Of a stretch of 64,000 bases of DNA, positions 39,865-52,079 are shown in pieces. How positions within the stretch are numbered: position 1 is the stretch's first letter; every line of letters begins with the position of its first letter. Source of the DNA: Octopus vulgaris (taxonomy: Eukaryota); contig OX597824.1 of assembly GCA_951406725.2 (NCBI GenBank), forward strand, positions 7,440,001 through 7,504,000. Direction: 5' to 3'. A model generated the notes under the pieces. The model was not told the DNA's origin. It was given only the letters and a program-made list of their open reading frames with translations, and did not search any database. A program made the position numbers and the translations under genes.

Positions 39865-40616
39865 AACAACAAACAAGATGAGAACAAATATCCATCAAAT
39901 GTAAATAACGTATAACGAAAACATTTAGTTAAATGACTCTGTCATCATTAAGCTAATACTTAGAATATAAATTAACATATGTGCAGATACAGTCAACCTT
40001 GGCTGACGCCTACCTTTATGATATAGCTTTTCTCTGTAAGCCTTGGTTTTCTAATGGAAATTTTATACCATTTTTTGTTTTTTTGTTGAAGTATATTCAA
40101 GGCGGCGAGCTGGCAGAATCGTTAGCACGCCGGGCGAAATGCGTAGCCGCATTTCGTCTGCCGTTACGTTCTGAATTCAAATTCTGCTGAGGTCGACTTT
40201 GCCTTTCATCCTTTCGGGGTCGATAAATTAAGTACCTATTTCTTTACTACCCACAAGGGGCTAAACACAGAGGGGACAAACAAGGACAGACAAATGGTTT
40301 AGTCGATTATATCGACCCCAGTGCATAACTGGTACTTAATTTATCGACCCCGAAAGGATGAAAGGCAAAGTGAACCTCGGCGGAATTTGAACTCAGAACG
40401 TAGTGGCAGACGAAATACTGTTAAGCATTTCGACCGGCATGCTAACGATTCTGCCAGCTCGCCGCGATAAATTAAGTACCAGTTACGCACTGGGGTCGAT
40501 GTAATCGACTTAATCCCTTTGTCTGTCTTTGTTTGTCCCCTCTATGTTTTATCCCCTTGTGGGCAATAAAGAAATATATATTCATTTGTTTGCGTTTTCC
40601 TTTGATCTTCTTAAAG

Positions 40617-40761
40617 GGGTACATGGTCTACTGGATTGGATAAGAGAGGTGAAGCTAAGACAGGCGCTGATGTTACAGCTTCTGGTCCCTTGTACCAACA
40701 ACGCCCTTACCCAGCACCTGGAGATGTTCTTCGTATGAACCGACAGTTAGTGGAAGACTGA
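40617..40761 (+). CDS. PQBP1: PQBP1 exon 7 ([47 protein letters not shown])
   Basis: Acceptor cttcttaaag. Highly conserved C-terminal domain including YPAPGDVL (YxxPxxVL, the U5-15kD/TXNL4A-binding motif). TGA at 40759-40761. Confidence 0.96.
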
Positions 40762-40813
40762 AGAAGGTGGGGGGAAAATCTTTGCAGGTTTTTTTTTTTT
40801 CATGTGTACATTT

Positions 40814-40819
40814 AATAAA
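40814..40819 (+). terminator. Candidate polyadenylation signal of PQBP1
   Basis: AATAAA ~52 nt after the stop codon, followed by a T/GT-rich tract (40845-40890). Confidence 0.6.
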
Positions 40820-43392
40820 TGATATTTCTTATATCCTCACTGATAATTTTTGTTGTTGTTTCTGTGTGTGTTTCTTTATTTTTATGTCTGTTTTTCTGTG
40901 CCAGCATGGGTTAGATGAATACATATTATTGAAACATCAGTTTTACAGCTAGATATCCTTCCCTGTTTTTCAAGTAAGACAGATTTTATTCCGAGAAAAC
41001 ACACCAAGCTAAGTAAAAGCACAGGTGTCCTCCTTGTATACTGCATGTCCCCTGCATCCCTCTCTGGCTGAGTATTCCTAATCTTGTGGGCTTGTAGTTG
41101 CTGATGCCACGTGAAAAGCACCCTTATTGGTGCTATGTAAATGCACCCGTGCCAGTGCTGCTTAAAAGCATCCAATACACTCTCTGAAGTGGTTGGCATT
41201 AGGAAAGGCATCCAACCATAGAAACCATGCCAAAACAGATATGGAGCCCGAGTAGCTCTTCAGATGGTCAGTTGCTGTCAAACTGTCCAGCCCATGCCAG
41301 CATGGAAAATAGATGTTAAATGATGATGTCTTCAAAAGTACACACCTATCCAAGACATTTATTGAGTAAGAAATGTTAACAAATAGCTGTACCTGTGGCA
41401 CAAAAAAAAAAATAATAAATGCAAGCGATGGTCAGTCAAAATTAAGTTGAAAGGGAAAACACATACATACAGACATAGGTGCAGGCATGGCTGTGTGATA
41501 GGTAGCTCGCTTCTCAATCACATGATTCTGGGTTTAGTCCCACTGTGTGGCACCTTGGGCAAGTATCTTCTACTATAGCCTTGGGCCAACCAAATCCTTG
41601 TGAGTGGATTTGGTAGACAGAAACTGAAAGAAGCCCGTTGTATGTATGTATATATATATGTATGTGTGTGCGTGTTTGTGTTTGTCTCCCCACCATCACT
41701 CGACAATTGATGTTGGTGTGTTTACGTTGCCGTAACAGTTCGACAAAACAGACTGATAGAATAAGTACTAGGCTTACAAAGAATAAGTCCTGGGGTCAAT
41801 TTGTTTGACTAAAGGCGGTGCTCCAGCATGGCCACAGTCAAATGACTGAGACGAATAAAAGAATATTTACATCCACTCAGATATATTCGTATATTACATC
41901 ACTCTCTCTTCCCATACCAAGCAGCATGCCCAATATTTCTTCCCCCCTCCTGAACACGCTCCCTCTGGAATCTCCACTTTGCTCATGTTTTTCTTGCAGT
42001 AGTTTAAAAGGAACATGTAACAGCATTCACCCTCACTATTCTTAGGAAGGCTTGCAAACATCATGAGTACCTGCTCCTTCCTTTACGTTTCACTAGGTGC
42101 TGTCGGACCGAGAGAGTGGCAGGACCAAAAGTCCTTTGGCATAAACTTTATTTAGAATTAAGACGAGATTTAGAGTCGCCACCAACAGAAAAGTATTCGA
42201 CAAACACTGATTTAGATTTTCATAATGTCGGTCATTAAAGCGCGTGGTGAACCTACTGGTTAGGCCAAGCGCTTTAATGACTGGATATGCCATCAACCAG
42301 TCGTGGGTTCGATTCCTGATGCAGGAGGCGTGTTGTGATCCCCGGCAAAGTGCTTTACTTCACTTTATCCCTGTTCACGCTCCTGACAAAACAGAATTAA
42401 GATAGACTGATATCCAGTCAGGGCCTGGTTAGCACGGCATTTCACTAGGTGCTGTCCGGCTAGCTGTCGGACGGAGTGAGTGGCAGGACCAAAAGTCCTT
42501 TGGCATAAACAAGAATACGGCTAGCAATGGACTCCTGGCTGAATCTTATCTTTACTCCACTTTTTATTTATTTATTTTGGTACTTTTAGCCAATACAGTG
42601 AGATTCAATACCAAATAAGGCCATATTTTGATAATCTCACACTTGTTTCTGGTTTCAAATTTTGGCTCAAGGCCAGCAATTTTGGAGGAGGGTTAAGTCA
42701 ATTATATCAACACCAGTACTTAACTGGTACTTATTTCATTGATCCCAAAAGGATGAAAGGCAAAGTCGGCCTCAGACGAATTTGAACTTAGAACGAAATG
42801 CGGCTAAGCATCTTGCCCTGCCAATATACCAACACATCGCATAATTCTTTCTGCTATAAACACAAGACTTGAAAATTTGGTGGGAATTGGTCAATTACAC
42901 CAACCTCTCTACTCAACTGGTACTTGTGTATGCACGCACGCACGCACAAACACGCATTGGTCCGAGTCTTGGCTCGAGGCTAGTAATTTCAGGAGACGGG
43001 AGTTAGTCGATTACATCGACCCCCCCAATGCACAACTGCTACTTATTTTATCGACTCCGATAGGATGAACAGCAAAGTCGACCTCAGTAGTTAGTTTAAT
43101 AAATGTCACGGTAAATGAATTCAGTTATGATACATTCACATAGATGGAATCAAACAGGATGGCAAATAGAAAGTTCGTATGGAATCTGGTATTCTTTTAT
43201 TCTTTTGTTCTTTTATTTTTTTTCAGTCATTTGTCTGGAGCACCGCCTTTAGTCGAGCAAATCGACCCCAGGACTTATTCTTTGTATGCCTAGTACTTTT
43301 TCTATCGGCTTCTTTTGCCGAACTGCTAAGTTACGGGGGATGTAAACACACCAGCGTCGGTTGTCAAGCGATTGGGAGACAAACACAAACAT

Positions 43393-43462
<70 letters not shown>

Positions 43463-43471
43463 GTTTCCAAC

Positions 43472-43507
<36 letters not shown>

Positions 43508-44215
43508 ATTTATGACTCTGCAATTGACATTTCCTATTGTCAAGTCGGTGAGCTGACAGAATCGTAACCGTGAGGGACAAAACTGCATAGCGGCATTTCT
43601 TCCGAACTTATGCTTTCTATTCAAATGCCACCGGGGCTAATTTTGCCTTTCATCATTTCTGGGTGGATAAAATAAGCACCCGATGAGCGTTGGGGTAGCT
43701 ATAATCGATTTATCCCGCTCCGAAATTGCTGGCCTTGTACCAAACTTTAAAGCCGACATTTCATATTATCTTCATGCAGCATTTTTGATGTCCGTTTAAT
43801 GCACGCTTCACTTATTCGTCGTGTATCACTGAACAACGTTCCGAATTATTAAATACGTCAGAGAAGCAATTGATAAAATAGCGCTGCCTTTATTCATGAG
43901 CATATTTTTGCGAATGTCAAATAGCGTTTCTTTCTGCAAGGTAAGTAACTCTTCCGAGCCATTGTAACTCATACTCGAGTTATTGCCCTTGGTACTAGAA
44001 ATATTCAACAATATTTTTCTCCTATTCCTTTACACTTGTTTCAACTATTTGACTGCGGCCATGCTGGAGCACCGCTTTGAAGTGTTTTAGCTGGACAAAT
44101 CGATCCCCCACGATTTATTTTTTAAAGCCTGATGCATATTCTATCGGCTTCTCTTTTGCCTATCAGCTAAGTTACGATGACGTAGACACACCAACAACGG
44201 TTGTCAAGCGGTGAT

Positions 44216-44269
<54 letters not shown>

Positions 44270-44703
44270 ACACAGATATACATATGTCTAGTCAGTGGAT
44301 CATATATCCAAAGAAGCGCGCTCTAAGGAATATGCGCAGTAATATATTTTATAAGCGGTTAGGCGTAGGAGTGGTTGTGTGGTAAGTAACTTGCTTACGA
44401 ACCACATGGTTCCAGGTTCAGTCCAACTGCGTGGCATCTTGGGCAAGTGTCTTCTACTATAGCCTCGGGCCAACCAAAGCCTTGTGAGTGGATTTGGTAG
44501 ACGGAAACTCAAAGAAGCCCGTCGTATATATGTATGTATATATATATATATATATGTATGTATGTGTGTGTGTGTTTCTGTGTCTGTGTTTGTCCCTCCA
44601 ACATCGTTTGACAACCGATGCTGGTGTGTTTACGTCCCCGTAACTTAGCAGTTCGGTGAAAGAAACCAATAAACCAATAGAATTAGTACTAGGCTTACAA
44701 AGA

Positions 44704-44846
44704 CATCACCACCGTCACCCCTGCCACCACCATCACCCCCGCCACCACCATCACCCCCGTGACCACCATCACCCCCGCCACCACCATCACCCACGTGACC
44801 ACCATCACCCCCGTGATCACCATCACCCCCGCCACCACCATCACCT
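44704..44846 (+). repeat. Minisatellite (CACCATCACCCCCGC/GTGAC variants)
   Basis: Tandem ~18-21-nt units; source of the His/Pro-rich ORF. Confidence 0.85.
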
Positions 44847-44849
44847 TCA

Positions 44850-45917
44850 ACAACCTACAAGCTGGAGGTAATCCATCAATGTTTACCTACCTCAGCTCTG
44901 CCATTGCTGATGATCTCTCCCTGGACCCTGAGATCAAAAAGCGAATTGAACAAGCATCCTCCACATTTTCCAGGCTCACAAACGAAGTCTAGGAAAACAG
45001 AAAACTGGCTGAAAACATCAAGATCACTGTCTATAAGGTGTGCGTCCTTAGTACACTACTACTTTACGGCACACTACTTTACGGCAGTGAGACGTGGAGC
45101 CTCTACTCCAGACAGGAGAGGCGTCTCAACGTCTTCCACCCTCGTAATTTGAGACGCATCTTGGATATCAAGTGGTCCGACCGCATCACCAACACCCAAG
45201 TCCTCAACCAAGATATCAATGTAGTCCCTGCTCCAGCAGCGTCGTCTGCGCTGGCTCGGTCATGCACATCGCATGCCGGACGAGAGGATCTCAAAACTCC
45301 TTCTGTATAGGGAATAGCTACCAATTTCTTTATTACCCACAAGGGGCTAAATATAGAGGGGACAAACAAGGACAAACAAACGGATTAAGTCGATTATATC
45401 GACCCCAGTGCGTAACTGGTAACTATTTAATCGACCCCGAAAGGATGAAAGGCAAAGTCCACCTCGGCGGAATTTGAACTCACAACGTAACGGCAGACGA
45501 AATACTGCTAAGCATTTCGCCCGTCCTGCCAGCTCGCCGCCTTACCAACACAAGAGCACGAAGGCGACCTCATCTTCGTTTCAAGGACGTATGCAAGGGA
45601 GGTATGAAATCGCTTGACATGGACGTTCTTAGATGGGAGGAGGTCGCAAATGATTGCCCAGGCTGGAGACAAATTCTGCGAAAACGGATGAAGTTAGGGT
45701 AAGAAAAACATGAACTCGTCACTAAAGAAAAGAGCACTCGACAGAAGGAAAAACCAGTGGCGCTGACAGAGGGTTCCTTCAAGTGCAGTTGCTGTATATA
45801 TGACTGCCACTCCTGTGTGGGCCTCTACACGCACAAAAGACGCTGCACTACGATCAGCAATTGGCACAGTCTCTTCGAGCGTAGATCCATGGTCTCTCTA
45901 GACCAGCGAATGCCTTC

Positions 45918-45918
<1 letters not shown>
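44850..45918 (+). pseudogene. RTE/BovB-like LINE 3' fragment with an inserted SINE (~45325-45543)
   Basis: FTYLSS.I.DDLSLD.EI.KRI.QASS.F.RL; LLYGSETWSLY.RQERRLNVFH.R.LRRILDIKW.DRITNT.VL; terminal CxxC...H motif. Confidence 0.88.
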
Positions 45919-45989
<71 letters not shown>

Positions 45990-46076
45990 TTGAGGGAATA
46001 TTAATCCTAACTTACAGGGAAAAATTCAATTTAGAAATACTAAATCAAATTTCACAAAATATAATATATATATATA

Positions 46077-46371
46077 AAAATTAGAAAAAACCCCACCTTT
46101 TATCAATTCAAAATGAACAATTAAATTACACCATCTAGTAAATTACATATAATAGAAATATAAAATTAAAATAACAATAAAATACCAATGATTAAGTAAA
46201 TTGCAAAAAAATTATAAAAACCAATTATATACGTTTTTATTATTGTTTTGCAATTTACTTAATCATTGGTATTTTATTATTTTAATTTTAATATTTCTAT
46301 TATATGTAATTTTCTAGATGGTGTAATTTAATTGTTCATTTTGAAGTGATAAAAGGCGGTTTTTCTAATTT

Positions 46372-46374
<3 letters not shown>
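46077..46374. repeat. ~300-bp AT-rich palindrome between (TA)n tracts
   Basis: cttttatcaattcaaaatgaacaattaaattacaccatctag...ccaatgattaagtaaattgcaaaa is mirrored by ttttgcaatttacttaatcattgg...ctagatggtgtaatttaattgttcattttgaagtgataaaagg. Confidence 0.88.
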
Positions 46375-46416
<42 letters not shown>

Positions 46417-49400
46417 CGCTTCTATGCTGATGAAATTTCAGGAGAGGAGATAATTCAGAATGTCTGTATGTCAATTTGTTGGCCTATGGGAAACATCATG
46501 TCATGGTAGAATAAAATTGAACAAAAATAAAACAGAATTCTTTTTAGGAGAAATGGAAGCTTGTTTGATGTTTCGAGCCTATGCTCTTAAACAGAAGGGG
46601 ATGAAGGTAAAAGATGGATGGAAAGGGGGAAAAAAATAACAGAGAAAAAAAACGTGTCTGGTGTAATTTATTTCAAAGCAAATTAAGGTGATGTAATTCG
46701 CATACATACAATAATCTACGAGGCCATAGCTTGTGGCTTTCGATTTTGATGTCTAACAAAATGCTCAACGGCATTTCTCACGGTTTTATGTTCTGAGTTC
46801 AAATCTCACCGAGGTCGACTTTGTTTTTCATCAAAACAAGTACCAGTTAATCATTGGGGGTCGATGTAATCGAATTCCCTTTCCCCTAAATTTCAGGCCT
46901 TGTGCTTATAGCAGAAAGGATTACGCTGAATCTCTAGCGTATCGGACAAAATGCTTTGTGGCATTTCCTCCGGATTGACGTTCCGAGAGCAAGTTTCACC
47001 GAAATCGAATCTGCCTTTCATCCTTTCGGGGTTGATAAAATAAGGATCATTCAAGTACTGAAGCCGATGCAATCGACAAGGCTCCTCCCGCAGTATTTCA
47101 AGCCTTGTATAGTAGAGTAGAAATAACAAGTATTATTTAAGCTAAGGTGGAGGCGTGTGGCTCAGTGGTAAGAGTATCGTTAGATTGTGGTTTCGATTCC
47201 TGGACCGGGTGACGCGTTGTCTTCTTGAGCAAAACACTTCATTTCACGTTGCTCCAGTCCACTCAGCTGGCAAAAAAGAGTAACACTGCGATGGACTGGC
47301 GTCCCATCCCGGTGGAGAATATATACACCATTGAAACCGGGAAACCTGCCCTCATGAGCCTGGCCCGGCTCGAGAAGGATATGTTTATTTTATATAAAGC
47401 GGCAAACTGGCAGAATCGTTAACGCCTCGGGTAAAATGCTTAGGAGCGCTTCAGGTTCTACACTTTGAGTTCAAATTCTGACGAGGAGGACTTTGCCTTT
47501 CATCCTTTTGAAGTCTACAAAATAAGTACCAGTTGAGCACTGGAGTCGATGTAACCGACTTACACACACCACATTAAGATTCTAGCGAAATTTGAAGCCT
47601 TTCTTAATTTTTGTGTGTCATGAAATGCGTATTATGTGGAATTCTCACCAATTCTATATTTAGATATATATATATAAGTCCGTGGAGGCGCAATAGCCCA
47701 GTGGTTAGGGCAGCGGACACGCGATTGTGGGATCGCGGTTTCGATTCCCAGGCCGGGCACTGTGAGTGTTTATTGAGCGAAAACACCTAAAGCTCCACGA
47801 GTCTCCGGCAGGGAGTGGTGACGAACCCTGCTGTACTCTGTCCCCACAACTTTCTCTCACTCTTTCTTCCTGTTTCTGTTGTACGTGTATTTCGAAGGAC
47901 TAGCCTTGTAACACCCCGTGTCATGCTGAATCTCTCCGACAACTACGTACACGAGTACTCGTGTCTGTGGAGTACTCAACCACTTGCACGTTAATTTCAC
48001 AAGCAGGCTGTTCCGTTGATCGGACCAACTGGAACCCTCGTCGTAACCTAAGAAGTGCCACGGTATGTAAGTTCAAATGTTTATCTCGAGGTATCATTTT
48101 AACAATTTTTTTTTATCTCAGAAGTTATATTGTTTTCAGATGTATTACATTAGATCCTATCTTAATGTCTATTTTTATGTACAAATTTATCTGTCACATA
48201 ATATCGCATGAGGTTCAGGTACCGTAATCAAACCTCCACTTATACGATCATGAGGTTTCTGTTTTGTATATTGATACATCTAAGGTGAAGGGCACTATCT
48301 AGGGCGATCTAGGAAGCAGTATTAAGTTCTAAGTTATTTCCACAAATAACAAATGCTCGTTCATTTAGCAAGAAATTATGTGAGATAAAAGCTAAGGAGT
48401 GGCTGTGTGGTAAGTAGCTTGCCTACCAGCCACGTGGTTCCGGGTTCAGTCCCACTGCGTAGAACCTTGGGCAGGTGTCTTCTACTATAACCTCGGGCCG
48501 ACCAAAGCCTTGTGAGTGGATTTGGTAGACGGAAACTGGAAGAAGCCGGCCGTATATATGTATGTATATATATATGTATGTGTGTGTATACGTTTGTCTG
48601 TGTTTGTCCCCCCCCCCCAACGTCGCTTGACAACCGATGCTGGTGTGTATACGTCTCCGTAACTTAGCAGTTCGGCAAAAGAGACCGATAGGATAAGTAT
48701 TAGGCTTACAAATAATAAGTCCCGGGGTCGATTTGCTCGACCGAATGCGGTGCTCCAGCATGGCCACAGTCAAATGACTGAAACAAGTACAAGAGGTCAA
48801 GGTAACCGACTTACGCCATTTCTTCAAAATTACTGACGAAGCTTTGAAATTTGAAACCGATGTATTAGTATTCCTTTTCTTCTTCTCGATTGCAAATAAT
48901 ACTGCTTTCGTTTCGGTATTTCAAGTCAACCATGATGCTTATATAACATTCCCCACTTTTTCGACTTGAAGTCTCAAATGCTCATGTATACCCACAATAA
49001 GATATATTATGTTTAAAAGACGAGATGGTCATGCATTTAGCAGCCTCGGTAGTAAGATAATGGTGGGTTGAGAATCAATTATCGTTTAGCTTGTATCACT
49101 GAAGATTTTGTGTAACAAAACACGATTTTCTGAAATTCGTTGAAGATAATGAATTTGTCACGAAAGATTATATAACTCCGGACATTCCAAACTTTTCACA
49201 TTAGTGTCCCGCTTTTTTAAAACACAAATTTTCCTGATGCATTAAGCTTTCTTCGATTTACCTCAAATCAAAGAAATTAACAAATAAACAATTAAAAATA
49301 TTCTCTCTCTCACCCACTCCTCTTCCTCCCCTTCTCTAAAACAAATCGTCTGCGTTTTTACTCAAAGACGGACGTCTTCGCATGTTTATGTACGCAAAAC

Positions 49401-49714
49401 ACTCCGTATCTCGTGGCGGCATTATTACGATTCCATGAAGAAGTGAAGAGAAGAAACAATTGACTATCGTACCATGTCGCCTTACTCGTATAGTATGACG
49501 GTCATCAGATTTTACTTAATTTTGTGGCACATCAAGGGATTATCGCCGACATACTAATATGTTGCGGCACATCGTTTCGTAATCTCTTGTATAGTCTATT
49601 GATTTTAGCGCGGTTATAAACTTCTACTTGTTTTTATCGCCCATATCCAGAGTCGCACTCACAAAGGAGAAGCTAATCATTTAGATTATTTTAATTCAAC
49701 ATTAATCTATACTT

Positions 49715-50130
49715 ATTTCTTTACTATACACAAGGGGCTAAACACAGAGAGGACAAGCAAGGACAGACAAACGGATTAAGTCGATTACATCGACCCCAGT
49801 TCGTAACTGGTACTTGTTTTATCGACCCCGAAAGGATGAAAGGCAAAGTCGACATCGGCGGAATTTGAACTCAGAACGTAGCGGCAGACGAAGTACCTAT
49901 TTCTTTACTACCCACAAGGGGCTAAACACAGACAGGACAAACAAGGACAGACAAACGGTTTAAGTCGATTATATCGACCCCAGTGCGTAACTGGTACTTA
50001 TTTAATCGACTCCGAAAGGATGAAAGGCAAAGTCGACCTCGGCGGAATTTGAACTCAGAACGTAGCGACAGACGAAATACCACTAAGCATTTCGCCCGGC
50101 GTGCTAACGATTCTGCCAGCTCGCCGCCTT
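49715..50130 (-). mobile_element. SINE family C, often dimeric (representative copy)
   Basis: Head GGCGGCGAGCTGGCAGAATCGTTAGC...GAGTTCAAATTCC with central GCCTTTCATCCTTTCGGGGTCGATAAA..AGTACC (Meta/Sauria-like domain). Copies near 880, 18040-18900, 25415-25810, 29940-30260, 32445-32660, 33727-34140, 40100-40575, 45325-45543 and 57958-58140. Confidence 0.9.
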
Positions 50131-50630
50131 ATTCAACATTAGTCTATACTATAATGGAGAAATCTGCTTATTAAATAGGTATGTAACAATTACTAAAAGT
50201 ACTACAAGAAAGCAAATGTTAAAGGTTTGACCGTCAGGAAATATTTTTATAAATTCATGTTCTAAGAATTTCCCATAATTTCCATTTCTTAAGTTTATTG
50301 AATATTTAAACTCCAATTTCTTGCAAATTTAAACATTCACTGCGTCCAATTCATCACAAATGCAAATATTCATTGCATTCACTGCGGAATATTCCATTTT
50401 CATTTGCAAAGTCTCTCACTTTCATTTTTAAGTTTTAATTCTCTATAAATGTATAAGTAATGTAAAAACATTTTTTAAAATACCCGTAAAATTTTTGAAC
50501 GCGGGGTAGCTGTGAGAAGAGTCTAGAAAGTTGGGTAATTACTATTAGAAGACGAGGAGAAAAAGACAAAGACACCGACAAGTCCTCGAAACTTGCACTT
50601 TATTCGGTTTCCAAACACAACTTAAAGACT

Positions 50631-50669
<39 letters not shown>

Positions 50670-51160
50670 ACGCATTCACACTCGCACACACACATAGGTA
50701 CACATACACACAAATGAAAGGCATTGAATGTGTGTGTGTGTGTGTGCGCACGCTGTTCACTGACAAAACTTCGTGCTGCATCACTTTTGTCAGTGAACAG
50801 GTCGCGGTTTCAAATCGACGAATATATTTTGACACAAATGAAATTTTAATGTTGAAGTGAAACTATCGGTATTTTTGTGTTCTTGAATGGTTTACAAACA
50901 TCTACGCTACAATTGTTTTTGTTTCAGCACACAGTCTCAGATCAAGTCACTTGCTATGCAAGTACATCTCCGTGATATTTTTAAATCACCGTAGATAAAA
51001 GCTCGCAATGACCTTCTCAGGATCTCCAATATTTTAATTTCTAAACAGAAACAATCGTTACATAGCGGTTCGGCAAAAAGAGACCGATAGATTAAGTACT
51101 AGGCTTACAAAGAATACATCCTGAGGTCGATTTGTTCGATTAAAGGCGGTCCCCAGCATT

Positions 51161-52042
51161 GAGAAGACCACCTCGAGGAACTCCACACAAAGACTCGGGT
51201 TGCTGTGTACTATCAGTCAAAAGTGTCCCCCTCCAATTTTTTCCACCCTTTTTTTATGGTCGTATGCGTAGAATAGGACATCAAGTCCCCTAAACCATGC
51301 TGGAGTCAGTTCTTTTTATAAAACATGCTACCTTTCCATCCTCTCGTGGTCGATAAGGGCTTGTCCACGAAGTAAAACCTTGGTTCTTAAAGTGTTTTCA
51401 CTACGTCCACCACAAAACATTCTTCCCTACTTCAATGACGAAGACTAACCACCTTTCCATGCCAAAGAAAAGCGGTGGGTTGGTCTTCATCCTAGACTCG
51501 AATGATGCTGATATTTGTCACGCACGTGACAGTCGCTGCTCGACACAAGTCTGCAAAATGGCAATGCATGACCAATGAACGAATGCGTGCATGATGGATT
51601 CCTTGACCTGCGCTTTTCTCGGAAAGGTTCGGCTGACAGCACTTGAGTGACCGTAGATTTTGTTCTGAACATAGAATATTCACCTGTATTCCTGCCAAAC
51701 TAAGGACTTCCGGGAGTTGTCCATAATCTCCTAAATTAATTCCCCCCGAACAAAACTTCCCTGGCGATCTTTTTTGGCATCCAGAATCGATCTTAGCCAC
51801 TGTCGGTTATATCTTCCTTTAATATGCGTTGGTTAACGTTCTACTAACCGCATTTTCAGGCTGGTAAGAGTGCAGTGAGCATCTGGCAACATTCCAGAAC
51901 CCGAAAACCCACTTGAAGAGGTGGAAGGAGAGGAGGAGAAGGAAGAGGAAAGGAAGGAGGAGAAAGAGACAGGAAAAGGAACAGAGGACACCGTGATGTC
52001 ATCGAGAAACCTAGTTGAAAGATGTATATTTCCATATATATA
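51161..52042 (-). repeat. Long repeat, copy 1 (inverted relative to 59870-61042)
   Basis: Near-identical reverse complement over ~770 bp, plus a shared distal motif atatggaaatatacatctttcaactaggtttctcg.tgacatcacg. Confidence 0.92.
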
Positions 52043-52079
52043 TAGTCATTCATTATTTCTTAAAAACGTGAATAAAACT

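Larger units (their letters stand above)
39406..39913. mobile_element. Two head-to-head copies of a tRNA-head / hammerhead-tail SINE-like element forming a ~500-nt inverted repeat in PQBP1 intron 6
   Basis: The arms are reverse complements about a centre tatgcccgtgggcata (39662-39677). The head has A-box TAGTGGTTAAG, stem-loop GGG-CTACTAA-CCC and B-box GAGTTCGATTCC. An (AAT)n spacer and a tail with a hammerhead core follow. Confidence 0.85.

Noticed and set aside
42090-42515. Direct repeat with small hairpin GGAC-CAAAA-GTCC as a possible ribozyme
   Set aside because: No hammerhead or HDV core was found; it looks like the 3' tail of an old SINE present twice.
44656-44871. His/Pro-rich protein or CRISPR-like array
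   Set aside because: It is a simple minisatellite without unique spacers, in eukaryotic DNA with no cas genes.
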